A stretch of DNA of 64,000 nt from Candidatus Neomicrothrix sp. UBA2983. Lineage in GTDB: Bacteria; Actinomycetota; Acidimicrobiia; Acidimicrobiales; MedAcidi-G1. The first letter of the stretch is position 1; each line of letters opens with the position of its first letter. The stretch is taken from contig DEAL01000014.1 in the NCBI GenBank assembly GCA_002346745.1, positions 5,679 to 69,678 of the forward strand, given 5' to 3'. This document shows, in pieces, positions 23,837 to 34,422 of the stretch. A program made the translations under genes and the position numbers. The notes below the pieces were generated by a model, which was not told the origin of the DNA, ran no database searches, and worked only from the letters and a program-made list of their open reading frames with translations.

Positions 23837-24694
23837 TCAGGCGACGGTGCGCTCGGCCGCCTCGACGGTATTGCGCAGCAGCATCGCCACGGTGGTCGGA
23901 CCCACGCCGCCGAGGCGGGGCGTGATCCACGAGGCAACCTCGCCGACCGACTCGTCGACGTCGGCCAGCAACTTCTTGCCCTCCCAGGAGATGCCGCCGC
24001 TCACGACGACCGCACCGGGCTTGACCATCTCGGGCGTCACGAAGCCGGGGATGCCCACGGCGGCCACCACGATGTCGGCCTCTCGGGTCAGGTCGGCCAG
24101 GTCGGGCACGGCCGAGTGCACCACGGTGACGGCGGCGTTGGCACCGGGCGCCTTGGTGGTGAGCAGCAGCGACAGGGGCCGGCCCAGCGTGGGGCCACGG
24201 CCGATCACGACCACGTGGCGGCCCGAGATGTCTATGTCGTAGTGCACGAACATGGCCTGGATGCCGGCCGGCGTGCACGGCACCGGGCCTTCCTCCTGGA
24301 GCACCAACCTGCCCAGGTTGGTGGGGTGCAGGCCGTCGGCGTCCTTGGCGGGGTCCATGGCCGACAGGGCGGCGTTGAAGTCGAAGCCGGAGGGGACCGG
24401 GTGCTGGATGATGTAGGCGTGGACAGCCGGGTCCTCGTTGAAGGCGGCGACCGCCTCGTCCAGCGCCGACGGGGCTGCGTCGGCCGGCACATGGATGTGC
24501 TGGGAGGTGAAGCCCACGCTCTCGCAGGTCTCGTGCTTCTTGCGGACGTAGCCGGCGCTGGCGCCGTCGTCGCCCACGAGGATCGTACCGAGTCCCGGGG
24601 TGATCCCCTTGGCGGCAAGCGCCTCGACCCGGGTACGGACATCGTCGAGGACGGCGTCGGCGACCGGTCCCCCGGCGAGCAGTTGTGCAGTCAT
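23837..24694 (-). CDS. folD: bifunctional methylenetetrahydrofolate dehydrogenase/cyclohydrolase
   Basis: 285 aa. [60 protein letters not shown]. Confidence 0.95.
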   Translation of the reverse strand: MTAQLLAGGPVADAVLDDVRTRVEALAAKGITPGLGTILVGDDGASAGYVRKKHETCESVGFTSQHIHVPADAAPSALDEAVAAFNEDPAVHAYIIQHPVPSGFDFNAALSAMDPAKDADGLHPTNLGRLVLQEEGPVPCTPAGIQAMFVHYDIDISGRHVVVIGRGPTLGRPLSLLLTTKAPGANAAVTVVHSAVPDLADLTREADIVVAAVGIPGFVTPEMVKPGAVVVSGGISWEGKKLLADVDESVGEVASWITPRLGGVGPTTVAMLLRNTVEAAERTVA

Positions 24695-24760
24695 GGCGGA
24701 GCACGCTATCCCCCGGTGGGCGCCTCCTGGCCGGGACCGCCTCCCTGGGCGGGGATGCCC

Positions 24761-26290
24761 TCAGTGCCGGAAGTGGCGCTCTCCGGTCAGGACCATCGCC
24801 ATGCCGGCCTCGTCGGCGGCGGCGATCACCTCGTCGTCGCGTACCGAACCGCCCGGCTGGATGACCGCCGTGGCACCGGCGTCGATGGCGGTGTCGAGGC
24901 CGTCCCGGAACGGGAAGAAGGCGTCGCTGGCGCAGGCGCCGCCGGCCGCCCGACCGTCGGCCTTCTCGGCGGCGATCCGGCCGGCGTCGCGGCGGTTCTG
25001 CTGGCCGGCGCCGATGCCGACGGCGCACCGGTCCTTGGCCAGGACGATGGTGTTGGAGTTGACCCGGGCGGCCACCCGCCAGGCGAACTCGAGGTCGGCC
25101 CACTCGGCGTCGGTGGGCGCCCGCTCGGTGGCGACCCGCCAGCCGGTTCGGTCGAGGGCGCCGTCGTCGCCGACGGCCAGGACGTCGGTGGTCTGCACGA
25201 GGAGGCCGCCGTCGATGCTTCGGACCTCGAGGTCTGGCCAGGTCGGCGCCGGTGCCTCGAGGATGCGGAGGTTGGCCTTCTCCTGGAGCCTCGCCAGGGC
25301 GTCGGCCTCGTAGGCGGGGGCGACGACGACCTCCGTGAACGCCTCGCCCAGGGCCTCGGCCATGGCGAGGGTGACCGGTCGGTTGACGGCGACGATGCCG
25401 CCGAAGGCCGAGACGGGGTCGCAGGCGTGGGCGGCCATGTAGGCGGTGGCGACGTCGTCGCCGATGGCAGCGCCGCACGGGTTGGCGTGCTTGATGACGA
25501 CGGCTGCCGACTCGTCACCGAGGCAGTGGGCCAGCCGCCAGGCCGCCTCGGTGTCGAACAGGTTCAGGTACGACATGGCCTTGCCGCCGTGGACGACGGC
25601 GTCGTCCCACCAGCCGCGCTGCCCGATCTCACGGTAGCGGGCGCCCTGCTGGTGGGGGTTCTCGCCGTAGCGCAGGTCGCCGGTCGACTCGAGGGCGAGG
25701 TGGAGGGTCGGCGGCAGCGGTCCGGCGTCGGCGGGGTCGCACTCGTCGAGCCACCGCACGATGGCGGCGTCGTAGGCGGCCGTGTGGGCGAAGGCGGCCC
25801 GGGCCAGGCGGTGCCGGGTGGCGTCGGACAGGGCGCCGTCCGCCCGTAGTTCCTCGAGCACCGGGCCGTAGTCGGCGGGGTCGACGACGATGCCGACGTG
25901 GGCGTGGTTCTTGGCGGCTGCCCGCACCATCGTCGGTCCGCCGATGTCGATCAACTCGATGCCGGGGTCGGAGGTGAACGGGTAGAGGTTGCCGACGACC
26001 AGGTCGATCGGGGTGATCCCCCGGGCCTCGAGGTCGGCCACGTGGTCGGGGTTGGACCGGTCGGCCAGGATGCCGCCGTGGACCATCGGGTGGAGGGTCT
26101 TGACCCGACCGCCGAGCATCTCGGGGGCGCCGGTCACCTCGGTGACCTCGGTGACGGCGACGCCCTCGCCGGCCAGCAGGGTGGCGGTGCCGCCGCTCGA
26201 GACGATCTCCCAACCCAGGCCGACGAGTCCCCGCGCGAGGTCGACGATCCCGGCCTTGTCGTAGACGGACAAGAGGGCGCGGGGACTCAT
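24761..26290 (-). CDS. purH: bifunctional AICAR transformylase/IMP cyclohydrolase
   Basis: 509 aa. [40 protein letters not shown], ending GERHFRH. Confidence 0.95.
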   Translation of the reverse strand: MSPRALLSVYDKAGIVDLARGLVGLGWEIVSSGGTATLLAGEGVAVTEVTEVTGAPEMLGGRVKTLHPMVHGGILADRSNPDHVADLEARGITPIDLVVGNLYPFTSDPGIELIDIGGPTMVRAAAKNHAHVGIVVDPADYGPVLEELRADGALSDATRHRLARAAFAHTAAYDAAIVRWLDECDPADAGPLPPTLHLALESTGDLRYGENPHQQGARYREIGQRGWWDDAVVHGGKAMSYLNLFDTEAAWRLAHCLGDESAAVVIKHANPCGAAIGDDVATAYMAAHACDPVSAFGGIVAVNRPVTLAMAEALGEAFTEVVVAPAYEADALARLQEKANLRILEAPAPTWPDLEVRSIDGGLLVQTTDVLAVGDDGALDRTGWRVATERAPTDAEWADLEFAWRVAARVNSNTIVLAKDRCAVGIGAGQQNRRDAGRIAAEKADGRAAGGACASDAFFPFRDGLDTAIDAGATAVIQPGGSVRDDEVIAAADEAGMAMVLTGERHFRH

Positions 26291-26862
26291 TCGGGGGCTC
26301 CTTGGGGTGGCGGTGTGTCGAGCAGGCTGCGGATGGTGCCGACGTAGAGCCGCCGTTCGACCGTCTTGATCCGCTCGTGGAGGGAGGCCACGTCGTCGTC
26401 GGGCAGCACCGGCACGGTCTCCTGGGCGAGGATCGGGCCGGCGTCGACCTCCAGCTCGGCGAGGTGGACGGTGCAGCCCGTCACCGGCACCCCGTGGTCG
26501 AGCGCCTTCTCGACGGCGTGCCAGCCGGGGAACGCCGGCAGCAGCGACGGGTGGGTGTTGAGGATCCGTCCGGCGTAACGGTCGTAGATGGGCTGCTCGA
26601 GGATCGTGCCGAAGCCGGCCATGGCGACCAGTTGGATCCCGGCAGCCTCGAGTTCGGCCGTGAGCCGCTCGGTGTAGGCCACCCTGTCGAAGTCGTCGCC
26701 GAAGGTGTCCCGCTCGACGACCGTGGCGGGGATGCCGTGCCCGGCGGCCAACTCGACGGCCCGGCAGGGCCGGTCAGCGACCACCAGCGCGACCGGCAGG
26801 TCGGCGTCGACCATGGCGTCGAGGATCGTCCCCGTGCCGGAGACCAGGACCGCGAGCCTCAT
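26287..26862 (-). CDS. purN: phosphoribosylglycinamide formyltransferase
   Basis: 191 aa from MRLAVLVSGTGT. ILNTHPSLLPAFPG, TGCTVHLAELEVDAGPIL. 4-nt overlap with purH. The upstream part of the track ORF is shadow. Confidence 0.9.
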   Translation of the reverse strand: MRLAVLVSGTGTILDAMVDADLPVALVVADRPCRAVELAAGHGIPATVVERDTFGDDFDRVAYTERLTAELEAAGIQLVAMAGFGTILEQPIYDRYAGRILNTHPSLLPAFPGWHAVEKALDHGVPVTGCTVHLAELEVDAGPILAQETVPVLPDDDVASLHERIKTVERRLYVGTIRSLLDTPPPQGAPE

Positions 26863-26920
26863 GCCGGCGACCCTACCCCTGCGGGTTGTCGGGTCGATCC
26901 GGTTTCCGGCGTCGGTTCGG

Positions 26921-27805
26921 CTAGAGCGAGGCGACGATCTCGGCCATGAGCTCGCCGGCCTCGGTCGGGTTCTGCCCGACCAGGGCGCCTGCCTCGCGCA
27001 GCGCCGCCATCTTGGCGTCGGCCGTGCCCTTCCCACCCGAGACGATGGCACCGGCGTGGCCCATCTTCTTGCCAGGGGGGGCGGTCACGCCGGCCACGTA
27101 GGCGGCAACCGGCTTGGTCATGTGGTCGCGGATGAAGGTGGCGGCCTCCTCCTCGGCCGAGCCCCCGATCTCGCCGATCATCATGACGGCCTTCGTCTCG
27201 GGGTCGGCTTCGAACGCCTCGAGGCAGTCGATGAAGCTGGTGCCGGGCACCGGGTCGCCGCCGATGCCGACGCAGGTCGTGCAGCCGATGTCCTTCTCCT
27301 TGAGCTCGTAGAGGGCCTGGTAGGTGAGGGTGCCGGAGCGGCTGACGATGCCGACCGGACCGCCGGGGAGGGCGATGTGGCCGGCAGTGATACCGATGTT
27401 GCAGCGTCCGGGGGAGATGATCCCGGGGCAGTTGGGGCCAAGCAGCTGAACGTTCGGAAAGTCGCGGCGCAGCCGGTTGTAGAGGCGGGCCTCGTCGTGG
27501 GCGGGCACGCCCTCGGTGATGGCGACCACGAACTCGACGCCGCCCTCGGCGGCCTCCAGCACGGCGTCGTGCACGCCGGGTGCCGGGATGAAGATGCACG
27601 AGGCGGTGGCGCCGGTGGCGTCGACCGCGTCAGCGACGGTGGCGAAGATCGGGACGCCGTCGACGTCAGTGCCGGCCTTCCTCGGGTTGGTGCCGGCCAC
27701 GACCTGCGTGCCGTAGTCCCGGTTGAGCAGGCCGTAGTAGCGGCCCTGGCTGCCGGTCAGCCCCTGGTAGACGACCTTGGTGTTCTCGTCGACGAAGATG
27801 CTCAT
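26921..27805 (-). CDS. sucD: succinyl-CoA synthetase alpha subunit
   Basis: 294 aa from MSIFVDENTKVVYQG. SRSGTLTY, and the phospho-His loop KKMGHAGAIV. Confidence 0.95.
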   Translation of the reverse strand: MSIFVDENTKVVYQGLTGSQGRYYGLLNRDYGTQVVAGTNPRKAGTDVDGVPIFATVADAVDATGATASCIFIPAPGVHDAVLEAAEGGVEFVVAITEGVPAHDEARLYNRLRRDFPNVQLLGPNCPGIISPGRCNIGITAGHIALPGGPVGIVSRSGTLTYQALYELKEKDIGCTTCVGIGGDPVPGTSFIDCLEAFEADPETKAVMMIGEIGGSAEEEAATFIRDHMTKPVAAYVAGVTAPPGKKMGHAGAIVSGGKGTADAKMAALREAGALVGQNPTEAGELMAEIVASL

Positions 27806-28962
27806 GCGCCCGTCTCCTCGGTGGCGCCGGCCAGTTCGACCGCTCGCCGTGCGGCCGAGAGCATGTCGGGCGCCATCTGGAGCGAGTCGGAGAGGTGCGG
27901 CTCGAGGATGGCCCGCCCCTCGTCGGCGTTGGTGCCGTCCAGCCGGATGACGATGGGCGCCCCGATGTCGACCCGGTCGAGCGCCTCGACGATGCCGTTG
28001 GCGACCTCCTCGCCGCGGGTGATGCCGCCGAAGATGTTGATGAAGATGGAGCGGACGGCCGGGTCGTTGTTGATGACCTCGAGGGCACCTGCCATGACGT
28101 CGGCGTTGGCGCCACCCCCGATGTCGAGGAAGTTGGCGGGGCTGCCACCCACCTGGTTGACGACATCGACGGTGGACATGGCGAGGCCGGCGCCGTTGGC
28201 GATCACCCCGACCGAACCGTCCAGGCCGACGTACTGGAGTCCCTTCGCATGGGCGGCGGTCTCGCGCTCGTCGCGGGGCTGGGTCTCGTCGTAGGCCGCG
28301 TATGACTCGTGGCGGAAGGTCGAGTTGCCGTCGAGCGTGACCTTGGCGTCGAGGACGTGGACCCGGCCGTCGTCGGTGAGGATCAGGGGGTTGACCTCGA
28401 CGAGGTCGGCGTCGCCCTCGACGTAGGCCCGGTAGAGCTGCTGGAGGATGACCACGGTGCCCTCGACGGCCGCGTCCGACAGGCCGGCCGCGGCGACCCA
28501 CTGGCGGGCGGTGCCCTCGTCGAGCCCGTCGATGGTGTCGACCCAGATCTTGGCGATGGCGTCGGGGTTCTCCTCGGCCACGGCCTCGATCTCGACGCCG
28601 CCCTCGACGGACAGCATCCCGAGGTGCTTCTTGGCGGAGCGGTCGAGTGTGAAGGAGGCGTAGTACTCCTCGGCGATGTCGGAGGCCTTCTCGATCCAGA
28701 CGCGACCCACCACGTGGCCCGAGATGTCCAGCCCGAGGATGTTGCCGGCGTGCTCGCGGACGTCGTCGACGGTGGCAGCGAACTTGACGCCGCCGGCCTT
28801 GCCCCGGCCACCGGTGTGGACCTGGGCCTTGACCATGACGGGCATGCCGAGCCGTTCGGCGGCGGCCACGGCCTCGTCGACGGTGAAGGCAACCTCGCCG
28901 TCGGATACGGGCATGCCGTAGCCGGCGAAGAACTGCTTGCCCTGGTATTCGAAAAGGTCCAC
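27802..28962 (-). CDS. sucC: succinyl-CoA synthetase beta subunit
   Basis: 386 aa from GTG (VDLFEYQGKQFFAGYGMPV). HTGGRGKAGGVKF, IFGGITRGEEVA. 4-nt overlap with sucD. Confidence 0.95.
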   Translation of the reverse strand: MDLFEYQGKQFFAGYGMPVSDGEVAFTVDEAVAAAERLGMPVMVKAQVHTGGRGKAGGVKFAATVDDVREHAGNILGLDISGHVVGRVWIEKASDIAEEYYASFTLDRSAKKHLGMLSVEGGVEIEAVAEENPDAIAKIWVDTIDGLDEGTARQWVAAAGLSDAAVEGTVVILQQLYRAYVEGDADLVEVNPLILTDDGRVHVLDAKVTLDGNSTFRHESYAAYDETQPRDERETAAHAKGLQYVGLDGSVGVIANGAGLAMSTVDVVNQVGGSPANFLDIGGGANADVMAGALEVINNDPAVRSIFINIFGGITRGEEVANGIVEALDRVDIGAPIVIRLDGTNADEGRAILEPHLSDSLQMAPDMLSAARRAVELAGATEETGA

Positions 28963-29128
28963 GAGGTGCTCCCGTTGGTCGCGGCGTGCGGTCCCGGCCC
29001 GGGGTACGTCGAGTCGGGTCGCCCCGGCGATACTAGGCAGCGCCCGTGGGCGGCACCCCAGTGCGCCGACGGGCCATGCGTCACACCAGTCCACCCATCG
29101 AGTTGCCGAGTCGCAGGAGGGATCCCAC

Positions 29129-29605
29129 GTGCCCGTCGCCCAGGGCGTCTCGTTCGACACCCGTCGTGCGGTACTCATTGGCCTGGCCGGCCTCGCCTCG
29201 GCCGTCGGCCTGCTGGTGCTGATGCTGTGGCTGGCCGGTAGCAAGCCGTCGCTGGAGGTTCGGCTCGGCGACAGCGACTTCCGGGGCATCGACGCCGCCG
29301 ACCTGGCCGAGGAGATCGCCGACAACGGACCGGTGCCGTTCCCGGACCTGGTCGGCCGGGACCGTCCGATCTGGGTCACCCACGCCGGCGCCGACCCGAC
29401 GACCGGCTGGTTCGCCTTCTTCGCCCGGGTGCCGGGCGTCAGCGCCGACTGCCTCGTGCAGTGGGACGCCGACCAACACCTCTTCTTCGACTCTTGCGAA
29501 CCGTCGGCCACGTTCCCGCCCGACGGTGCCGGGCTGGAACAATTGGCCTGGCGGGTGGAGGGCGGCGAACTGCGCATAGCGATCAACGACCCGGACCGAG
29601 ACTGA
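29129..29605 (+). CDS. hypothetical membrane-anchored protein
   Basis: 158 aa from GTG, with AGGAGG 8 nt upstream. One N-terminal TM (AVLIGLAGLASAVGLLVLMLWLAG), then a soluble domain. Good GC3. Confidence 0.6.
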   Translation: MPVAQGVSFDTRRAVLIGLAGLASAVGLLVLMLWLAGSKPSLEVRLGDSDFRGIDAADLAEEIADNGPVPFPDLVGRDRPIWVTHAGADPTTGWFAFFARVPGVSADCLVQWDADQHLFFDSCEPSATFPPDGAGLEQLAWRVEGGELRIAINDPDRD

Positions 29606-29618
29606 GGAGACCACACAG

Positions 29619-30332
29619 GTGACCGAGAAGCTGTACCTGCGCGACGCCGACCTGCGGTCGTTCGATGCGGCCGTCGTGGCAGTCGACGGCCAGCGCGTCG
29701 AGCTGGACCGCACCGCCTTCTACGCCACCAGCGGCGGCCAGCCCCACGACACCGGCCACCTCATCTGGGCCACCGGCGCCGCCCAGGTGCTGGACGTGAC
29801 CGCCGACGGGGACCGGGTCCTGCACGCGCTGGCCGGGCCGGTCCCGGAGGTGGGCGCCACCGTGACCGGGGAGGTCGACGACGAGCGCCGACGCCACATG
29901 ATGCGCACCCACACCGCCATGCACATCCTGTGCGGGGTGATCTGGCGGGACTGGCTGCGGGTCGTGACGGGCGGGAACATGGACGCCCTGTCGGGTCGCA
30001 TGGACTTCGAGTTCGCCGAACTGCCGGTGGACTTCGCTGCCGACCTGGAAGAGCGGTGCAACGTCGAGATCGCCGCCGACCGGGAGGTCCGGGTCTCGTT
30101 CCTGGACCGTGGGGAGGCGGTGCTGGACCGCGACCTGATCCGGACCAAGGTCAACCTGATCCCCGACCATGTCACCGAGATCCGCCTGGTGGACATCGTG
30201 GGCCTGGACCGGCAGGCCGATGGTGGCACGCACGTCTCGTCCACCGGGCAGGTCGGTCGTCTGGAGGTCACCAAGACCGAGTCGAAGGGCAAAGGCTTCA
30301 AGCGCGTGCGCTTCGTACTGCACGACGGATAG
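29619..30332 (+). CDS. alaX: alanyl-tRNA editing protein AlaX-type (Ala/Thr-tRNA synthetase second additional domain)
   Basis: 237 aa from GTG. Zn/editing motifs MRTHTAMHIL (HxxxH) and ADGGTHV. N-terminal FYATSGGQPHDTG. Confidence 0.8.
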   Translation: MTEKLYLRDADLRSFDAAVVAVDGQRVELDRTAFYATSGGQPHDTGHLIWATGAAQVLDVTADGDRVLHALAGPVPEVGATVTGEVDDERRRHMMRTHTAMHILCGVIWRDWLRVVTGGNMDALSGRMDFEFAELPVDFAADLEERCNVEIAADREVRVSFLDRGEAVLDRDLIRTKVNLIPDHVTEIRLVDIVGLDRQADGGTHVSSTGQVGRLEVTKTESKGKGFKRVRFVLHDG

Positions 30333-30393
30333 CAGCGGTTCCCGAGAGCCCTGCGGACGAGATGGAGGAAACTGCCACCATGGGGAGTCAGCG

Positions 30394-31977
30394 ATGAGCG
30401 CCACCGGGTTGGAGTCCGGTTCCGCGCCCTCGCGGCGCTGGCACGACCTCGACGCGCTGCGCGGCTTCGCCATGCTGCTTGGCATCGGCCTGCACGCCGC
30501 CCTCGCCTTCATCCCCTCTTTCTGGCCGGTGCAGGACCGGACCGTCAGCACCGACGGGTGGTTCGACGAGTTCCTGGCGGGCGTCCACGCCTTCCGGATG
30601 CCGCTGTTCTTCCTGCTCAGCGGCTTCTTCACGGCGATGCTCTGGCGTCGCCGCGGCCTGGCGGCCCTCGTGTCGCACCGGGCCCGCCGGGTGGCCCTTC
30701 CGCTGCTGGTCGGCCTAGTGACGATCATCCCGGCCATGGACTGGGTGTCGGAACGCGCCGCAGAGCGGGGCATCGCCGACTATGCGACGGCCGCCGCCGA
30801 GAAGGGGGACATCTGGCTGCCAATATGGCTGGGCCAGCACGATGCCATTGCGGTCTCCGTCGCCAACGGCGCAGACGTCGACGAACGCAGCGAGACCAGG
30901 GACACGCCGCTGCACCTGGCGGCATTCCTGGACCAGCCCGAGGCGACGAAGTCGCTGTTGGACCTTGGCGCCGACTACCGCCTCCGCAACAAGGACGACG
31001 CCGATCCGTTGACGGTGGCGATCTGGATCGGGTCGGACTCGGTCGCCGACCAGCTCGTGGCTGCGGGTGCCGTGGACCGGCGCGACGTCGGAGAGCAGTG
31101 GAGCGACCTGGGATGGTTCGGCAGCGGCGCCGAATTCAGGCAGATGATCCTCGAGCCCACAGTCGAGGACGACACCGGACTGGAGTCGTGGATCGACCAG
31201 TTCCACCACTTGTGGTTCCTGTGGTTCCTGTGCTGGATGGTCGCCGGCTTCGTCGTCGTGGCGCCTGCCGTCGAGAGCCTCGGCCAATCGATCACCTCGG
31301 TTCGGGTGCAGCGGCGACTGCTCTGGTTGGCGTTTCCCCTGACGCTCCTGCTCCAGTACCGGATGGAGGGCGTCGCCGGAGAGCCGGCGTTCGGACCCGA
31401 CACCTCCACGGGCCTGCGGCCCGCCCTCCACGTGATCCTCTACTACGCCGTCTTCTTCGGCTACGGGGCAGTCCTCTACGGGGCGCGCACCGACGACGGC
31501 GAGCCCCTGGTCGACCGGCTGGGCCGCCACTGGATGCTCGTCCTTCCCGCCACGGTGCTACTGGTCTTCCCGCTGGCGCTGGTCACCACCAACGAGTGGG
31601 CGGACCGGGATGCCGGCGTCGTGCTCCAGGCGGTCTTCTGCTGGGGGATGGTGTTCGGCCTGATCGGCCTGTTCCGGCGCCTGCTGGCCAAACCGCGCGC
31701 CTGGGTGCGGTGGCTCTCCGACTCCTCCTACTGGATGTACCTGGCGCACCTGCCGCTGGTGATCCTCGCCCAGGACCTGACCAGGTCCTGGGACCTCCCG
31801 GCCACCGCCAAGTTCCTGATGGTCTGCTGGACAGTGACGGCCGTGCTGTTCGTCGCCTATCGCTGGGTGGTGCGCCCCTCGCCGATCGGCTGGATGCTCA
31901 ATGGCCGACTGCCCCGCAAGGTTCCCGACCCGAATGCGCCAACGTCGGCTGTGGCGCCGGCGCCAACTGGCGGCTGA
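30394..31977 (+). CDS. acyltransferase family 3 membrane protein with an internal ankyrin-repeat insertion
   Basis: 527 aa from MSATGLESGS. The acyltransferase_3 start RRWHDLDALRGFAMLLGIGLHA is followed by many TM helices. Residues ~135-228 read as about 3 ANK repeats (RDTPLHLAAFLDQPEATKSLLDLGADYRLRN, DADPLTVAIWIGSDSVADQLVAAGA). Confidence 0.8.
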   Translation: MSATGLESGSAPSRRWHDLDALRGFAMLLGIGLHAALAFIPSFWPVQDRTVSTDGWFDEFLAGVHAFRMPLFFLLSGFFTAMLWRRRGLAALVSHRARRVALPLLVGLVTIIPAMDWVSERAAERGIADYATAAAEKGDIWLPIWLGQHDAIAVSVANGADVDERSETRDTPLHLAAFLDQPEATKSLLDLGADYRLRNKDDADPLTVAIWIGSDSVADQLVAAGAVDRRDVGEQWSDLGWFGSGAEFRQMILEPTVEDDTGLESWIDQFHHLWFLWFLCWMVAGFVVVAPAVESLGQSITSVRVQRRLLWLAFPLTLLLQYRMEGVAGEPAFGPDTSTGLRPALHVILYYAVFFGYGAVLYGARTDDGEPLVDRLGRHWMLVLPATVLLVFPLALVTTNEWADRDAGVVLQAVFCWGMVFGLIGLFRRLLAKPRAWVRWLSDSSYWMYLAHLPLVILAQDLTRSWDLPATAKFLMVCWTVTAVLFVAYRWVVRPSPIGWMLNGRLPRKVPDPNAPTSAVAPAPTGG

Positions 31978-31996
31978 GACGCGCGACAATTCACCG

Positions 31997-32770
31997 ATGC
32001 GACTCGAGGGGAAGGCAGCGTTGGTCACCGGCGGCGCACAGGGCATCGGGCGCGAGAGTGCACTGCTGTTCGCCGCAGAGGGGGCCCGGGTCGCCGTCGT
32101 CGACATGAACCTGGATGGTGCCCGGGCGGTGGCCGACGAGATCGTCGCCGCCGGCGGCGAGGCCGTCGCCCTCGGCGCCGATGTGTCGGTCGATGCCGAC
32201 GTGGCCGCCATGGTCGCCGGCACCGAGGAGGCCTTCGGCGCCCTCCACGTGCTGTTCAACAACGCCGGGATCATGCACCACGACGACGGCGACGCCCAGC
32301 AGACCTCCGACGAGGTTTGGCAGCGCACCATCGACGTCAACCTGAAGGGCGTCTGGCTGGGGTGCCGGCACGGGATTCCCGCCCTGCGCCGGGCCGGCGG
32401 CGGCTCGGTGATCAACACCGCCAGCTTCGTGGCCATCGTGGGCGCCGCCACGCCCCAGATCGCCTACACCGCCTCCAAGGGGGGTGTGCTGGCGATGACC
32501 CGGGAACTCGCCGTCGTCCACGCCCGCGAGGACATCCGGGTCAACGCCCTGTGTCCGGGGCCGCTGCGCACCGAACTGCTGATGTCGTTCCTCGACACCG
32601 AGGAGAAGCGCCAGCGCCGGCTGGTCCACGTTCCGATGGGGCGCTTCGGCGAGGCCTCCGAGATGGCGAGGGCAGCCCTGTGGCTGGCCTCCGACGAGTC
32701 GTCGTACACGACCGGCGCCGACTTCGTGGTCGACGGCGGGCTGACTGCCGCCTACGTCACCCCCGAATGA
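31997..32770 (+). CDS. short-chain dehydrogenase/reductase (SDR)
   Basis: 257 aa from MRLEGKAALVTGGAQGIG. NNAG, catalytic YTASKGG. Confidence 0.9.
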   Translation: MRLEGKAALVTGGAQGIGRESALLFAAEGARVAVVDMNLDGARAVADEIVAAGGEAVALGADVSVDADVAAMVAGTEEAFGALHVLFNNAGIMHHDDGDAQQTSDEVWQRTIDVNLKGVWLGCRHGIPALRRAGGGSVINTASFVAIVGAATPQIAYTASKGGVLAMTRELAVVHAREDIRVNALCPGPLRTELLMSFLDTEEKRQRRLVHVPMGRFGEASEMARAALWLASDESSYTTGADFVVDGGLTAAYVTPE

Positions 32771-32782
32771 CCGCGGTGCCGG

Positions 32783-33826
32783 TCACGCAGCCGGCAACCG
32801 GAGGAACAGGGCCTGGAGCAGCAGTGCCTCGTTCGGGTTTCGGACCAGTTCGCCGCCGACCTCGGTGATCGCGGCCGTGGCGTCCATCGCCGACGACCGG
32901 CCCCCCGCGGCCAGGTCCCGGTAGCGCCGGGCCAGGGTCGCCAGCCCGAAGCGCAGTTCGTCGTCTCTGAAGCGGCGAACCTCCCGCCGGTGGCGCTCGT
33001 CCTGTTGGCGCCGGCCCGACCCGCGGGTCCCGTAGGCCTCCTCTTGCTCCGCCAGGTCCTCGGTTTCCCGCTCGTGGCGGGTGGTGAGGGCGGCCTGGCC
33101 GTCGTCGATCAGGCTTCGGAGTTCCTCGACGAGCACGGCGACGGCTGCACCGCTGCCGTCGAGGCGGTCGGGCACCGACCACCAGGCGTCGCGCCGGTCC
33201 TGCAGGGTCGGATCACCGGCCAGCAGCCGTGCCCGGTCGAGGCTGCCCGCTGACGCGGCGGCCAGGTGGACGGCCCGGTCGGCGTCGACGCCGTCGGCTT
33301 CGAGGGCGGCGGCCACCACCTCGTCGGGCAGCGGCGGGAGGTCGACCCGAACACACCGCGAGGCGACCGTGACGTGCCCGTCGGGCACCGCCTCGGACAG
33401 CAGCAGGAAGACGACGGTGGCCGGCGGCTCCTCGATGGTCTTGAGCAGGCTGGCCGCCGACTCCGGCTCGGCCGTGTCGAAGCGGTCGACGACCACCACC
33501 TTGCGGTCGGCCTCGATCGGCGATCGGGAGGCCTCGACGGTGATCCCCTCGGCCTCCTCCACCAGCAGGGCCCGCCCGCCCGAAGCGATCCACACCAGGT
33601 CGGGGTGCCGTCCGGCGATCGCCAGGCGGCGGTGGCGGTCGGCGTCGTCGGCTTCGGTGCCGTCGGACAGGAGCGCCCCGGCGAACGCCCGTGCGGCGTC
33701 GGCCCGTCCCGCCCCGGGTGGCCCGACGAGGAGGTACGCGTGCACGGGCGACGCCACGGCGGCGCGAAGTAACGCCACGGCCTCGTCCTGCCCGACGACC
33801 GCGGCCCAGAGTTCCTCGTCGGTCAT
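32783..33826 (-). CDS. holB: DNA polymerase III delta-prime subunit
   Basis: 347 aa from MTDEELWAAVVGQDEAV. HAYLLVGPPGAGR, LLKTIEEPP, VASRCVRV. Confidence 0.85.
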   Translation of the reverse strand: MTDEELWAAVVGQDEAVALLRAAVASPVHAYLLVGPPGAGRADAARAFAGALLSDGTEADDADRHRRLAIAGRHPDLVWIASGGRALLVEEAEGITVEASRSPIEADRKVVVVDRFDTAEPESAASLLKTIEEPPATVVFLLLSEAVPDGHVTVASRCVRVDLPPLPDEVVAAALEADGVDADRAVHLAAASAGSLDRARLLAGDPTLQDRRDAWWSVPDRLDGSGAAVAVLVEELRSLIDDGQAALTTRHERETEDLAEQEEAYGTRGSGRRQQDERHRREVRRFRDDELRFGLATLARRYRDLAAGGRSSAMDATAAITEVGGELVRNPNEALLLQALFLRLPAA

Positions 33827-34422
33827 GCCAGGCGGGCGGACACCGCCGCCTGCAGCCGCTGGGCGACCTCGTCGACCGCTCCCGACCCGTCGACGACGAG
33901 CCACCGTTCGGGGTCGGCCTCGGCGAAGGACCGGTAGGCCGAAACCACCCGTGCATGGAAGTCCTCTCCGGCCTGCTCGATGCGGTCGAGGGCCCGGTCG
34001 AGGCGTGCGGCGGTCGTGGCCGCATCGACGTCGAGCAGGACGACGAGGTCCGGCAGGACGCCGTCGACGGCGAAGGTCGAGAGGGCATGGACGGTGTCGA
34101 TGCCGAGTTCGCGTCCGGCACCCTGGTAGGCCAGCGAGGAGTGCAGGTAGCGGTCGGTCACGACGTCGAGGCCATCGGCCAGCGCCGGGGCGACCACGCG
34201 GTCCACGTGCTGGGCCCGGGCCGCCGCCATCAGCAGCGCCTCGGCACGGGCGCACGGGGCCTCTCCAGAGGTGGCGAGCAGCAGTTCGCGGATCTGCTCC
34301 CCCAGCGGCGTGCCTCCCGGCTCCCGGGTGAACACGGCGCCCAGGGCCTCGGCCAGCAAACGGGCCTGGGTGCTCTTGCCCGACCCCTCGCCACCCTCGA
34401 CGGCGATCAGCCGGCCGGTCAC
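33823..34422 (-). CDS. tmk: thymidylate kinase
   Basis: 199 aa from GTG (VTGRLIAVEGGEGSGKSTQ). DRYLHSSLAYQG. The GTG overlaps the MFS stop (GTGA), and there is a 4-nt overlap with holB. Confidence 0.9.
   Translation of the reverse strand: MTGRLIAVEGGEGSGKSTQARLLAEALGAVFTREPGGTPLGEQIRELLLATSGEAPCARAEALLMAAARAQHVDRVVAPALADGLDVVTDRYLHSSLAYQGAGRELGIDTVHALSTFAVDGVLPDLVVLLDVDAATTAARLDRALDRIEQAGEDFHARVVSAYRSFAEADPERWLVVDGSGAVDEVAQRLQAAVSARLA

Noticed and set aside
29129-29605. Faint Rieske-like spacing (ADCLVQW ... DSCEPSATF..DG) in the hypothetical membrane protein
   Set aside because: Both His ligands are absent and the spacing is shorter than in Rieske boxes. This is too weak to call without a profile search.
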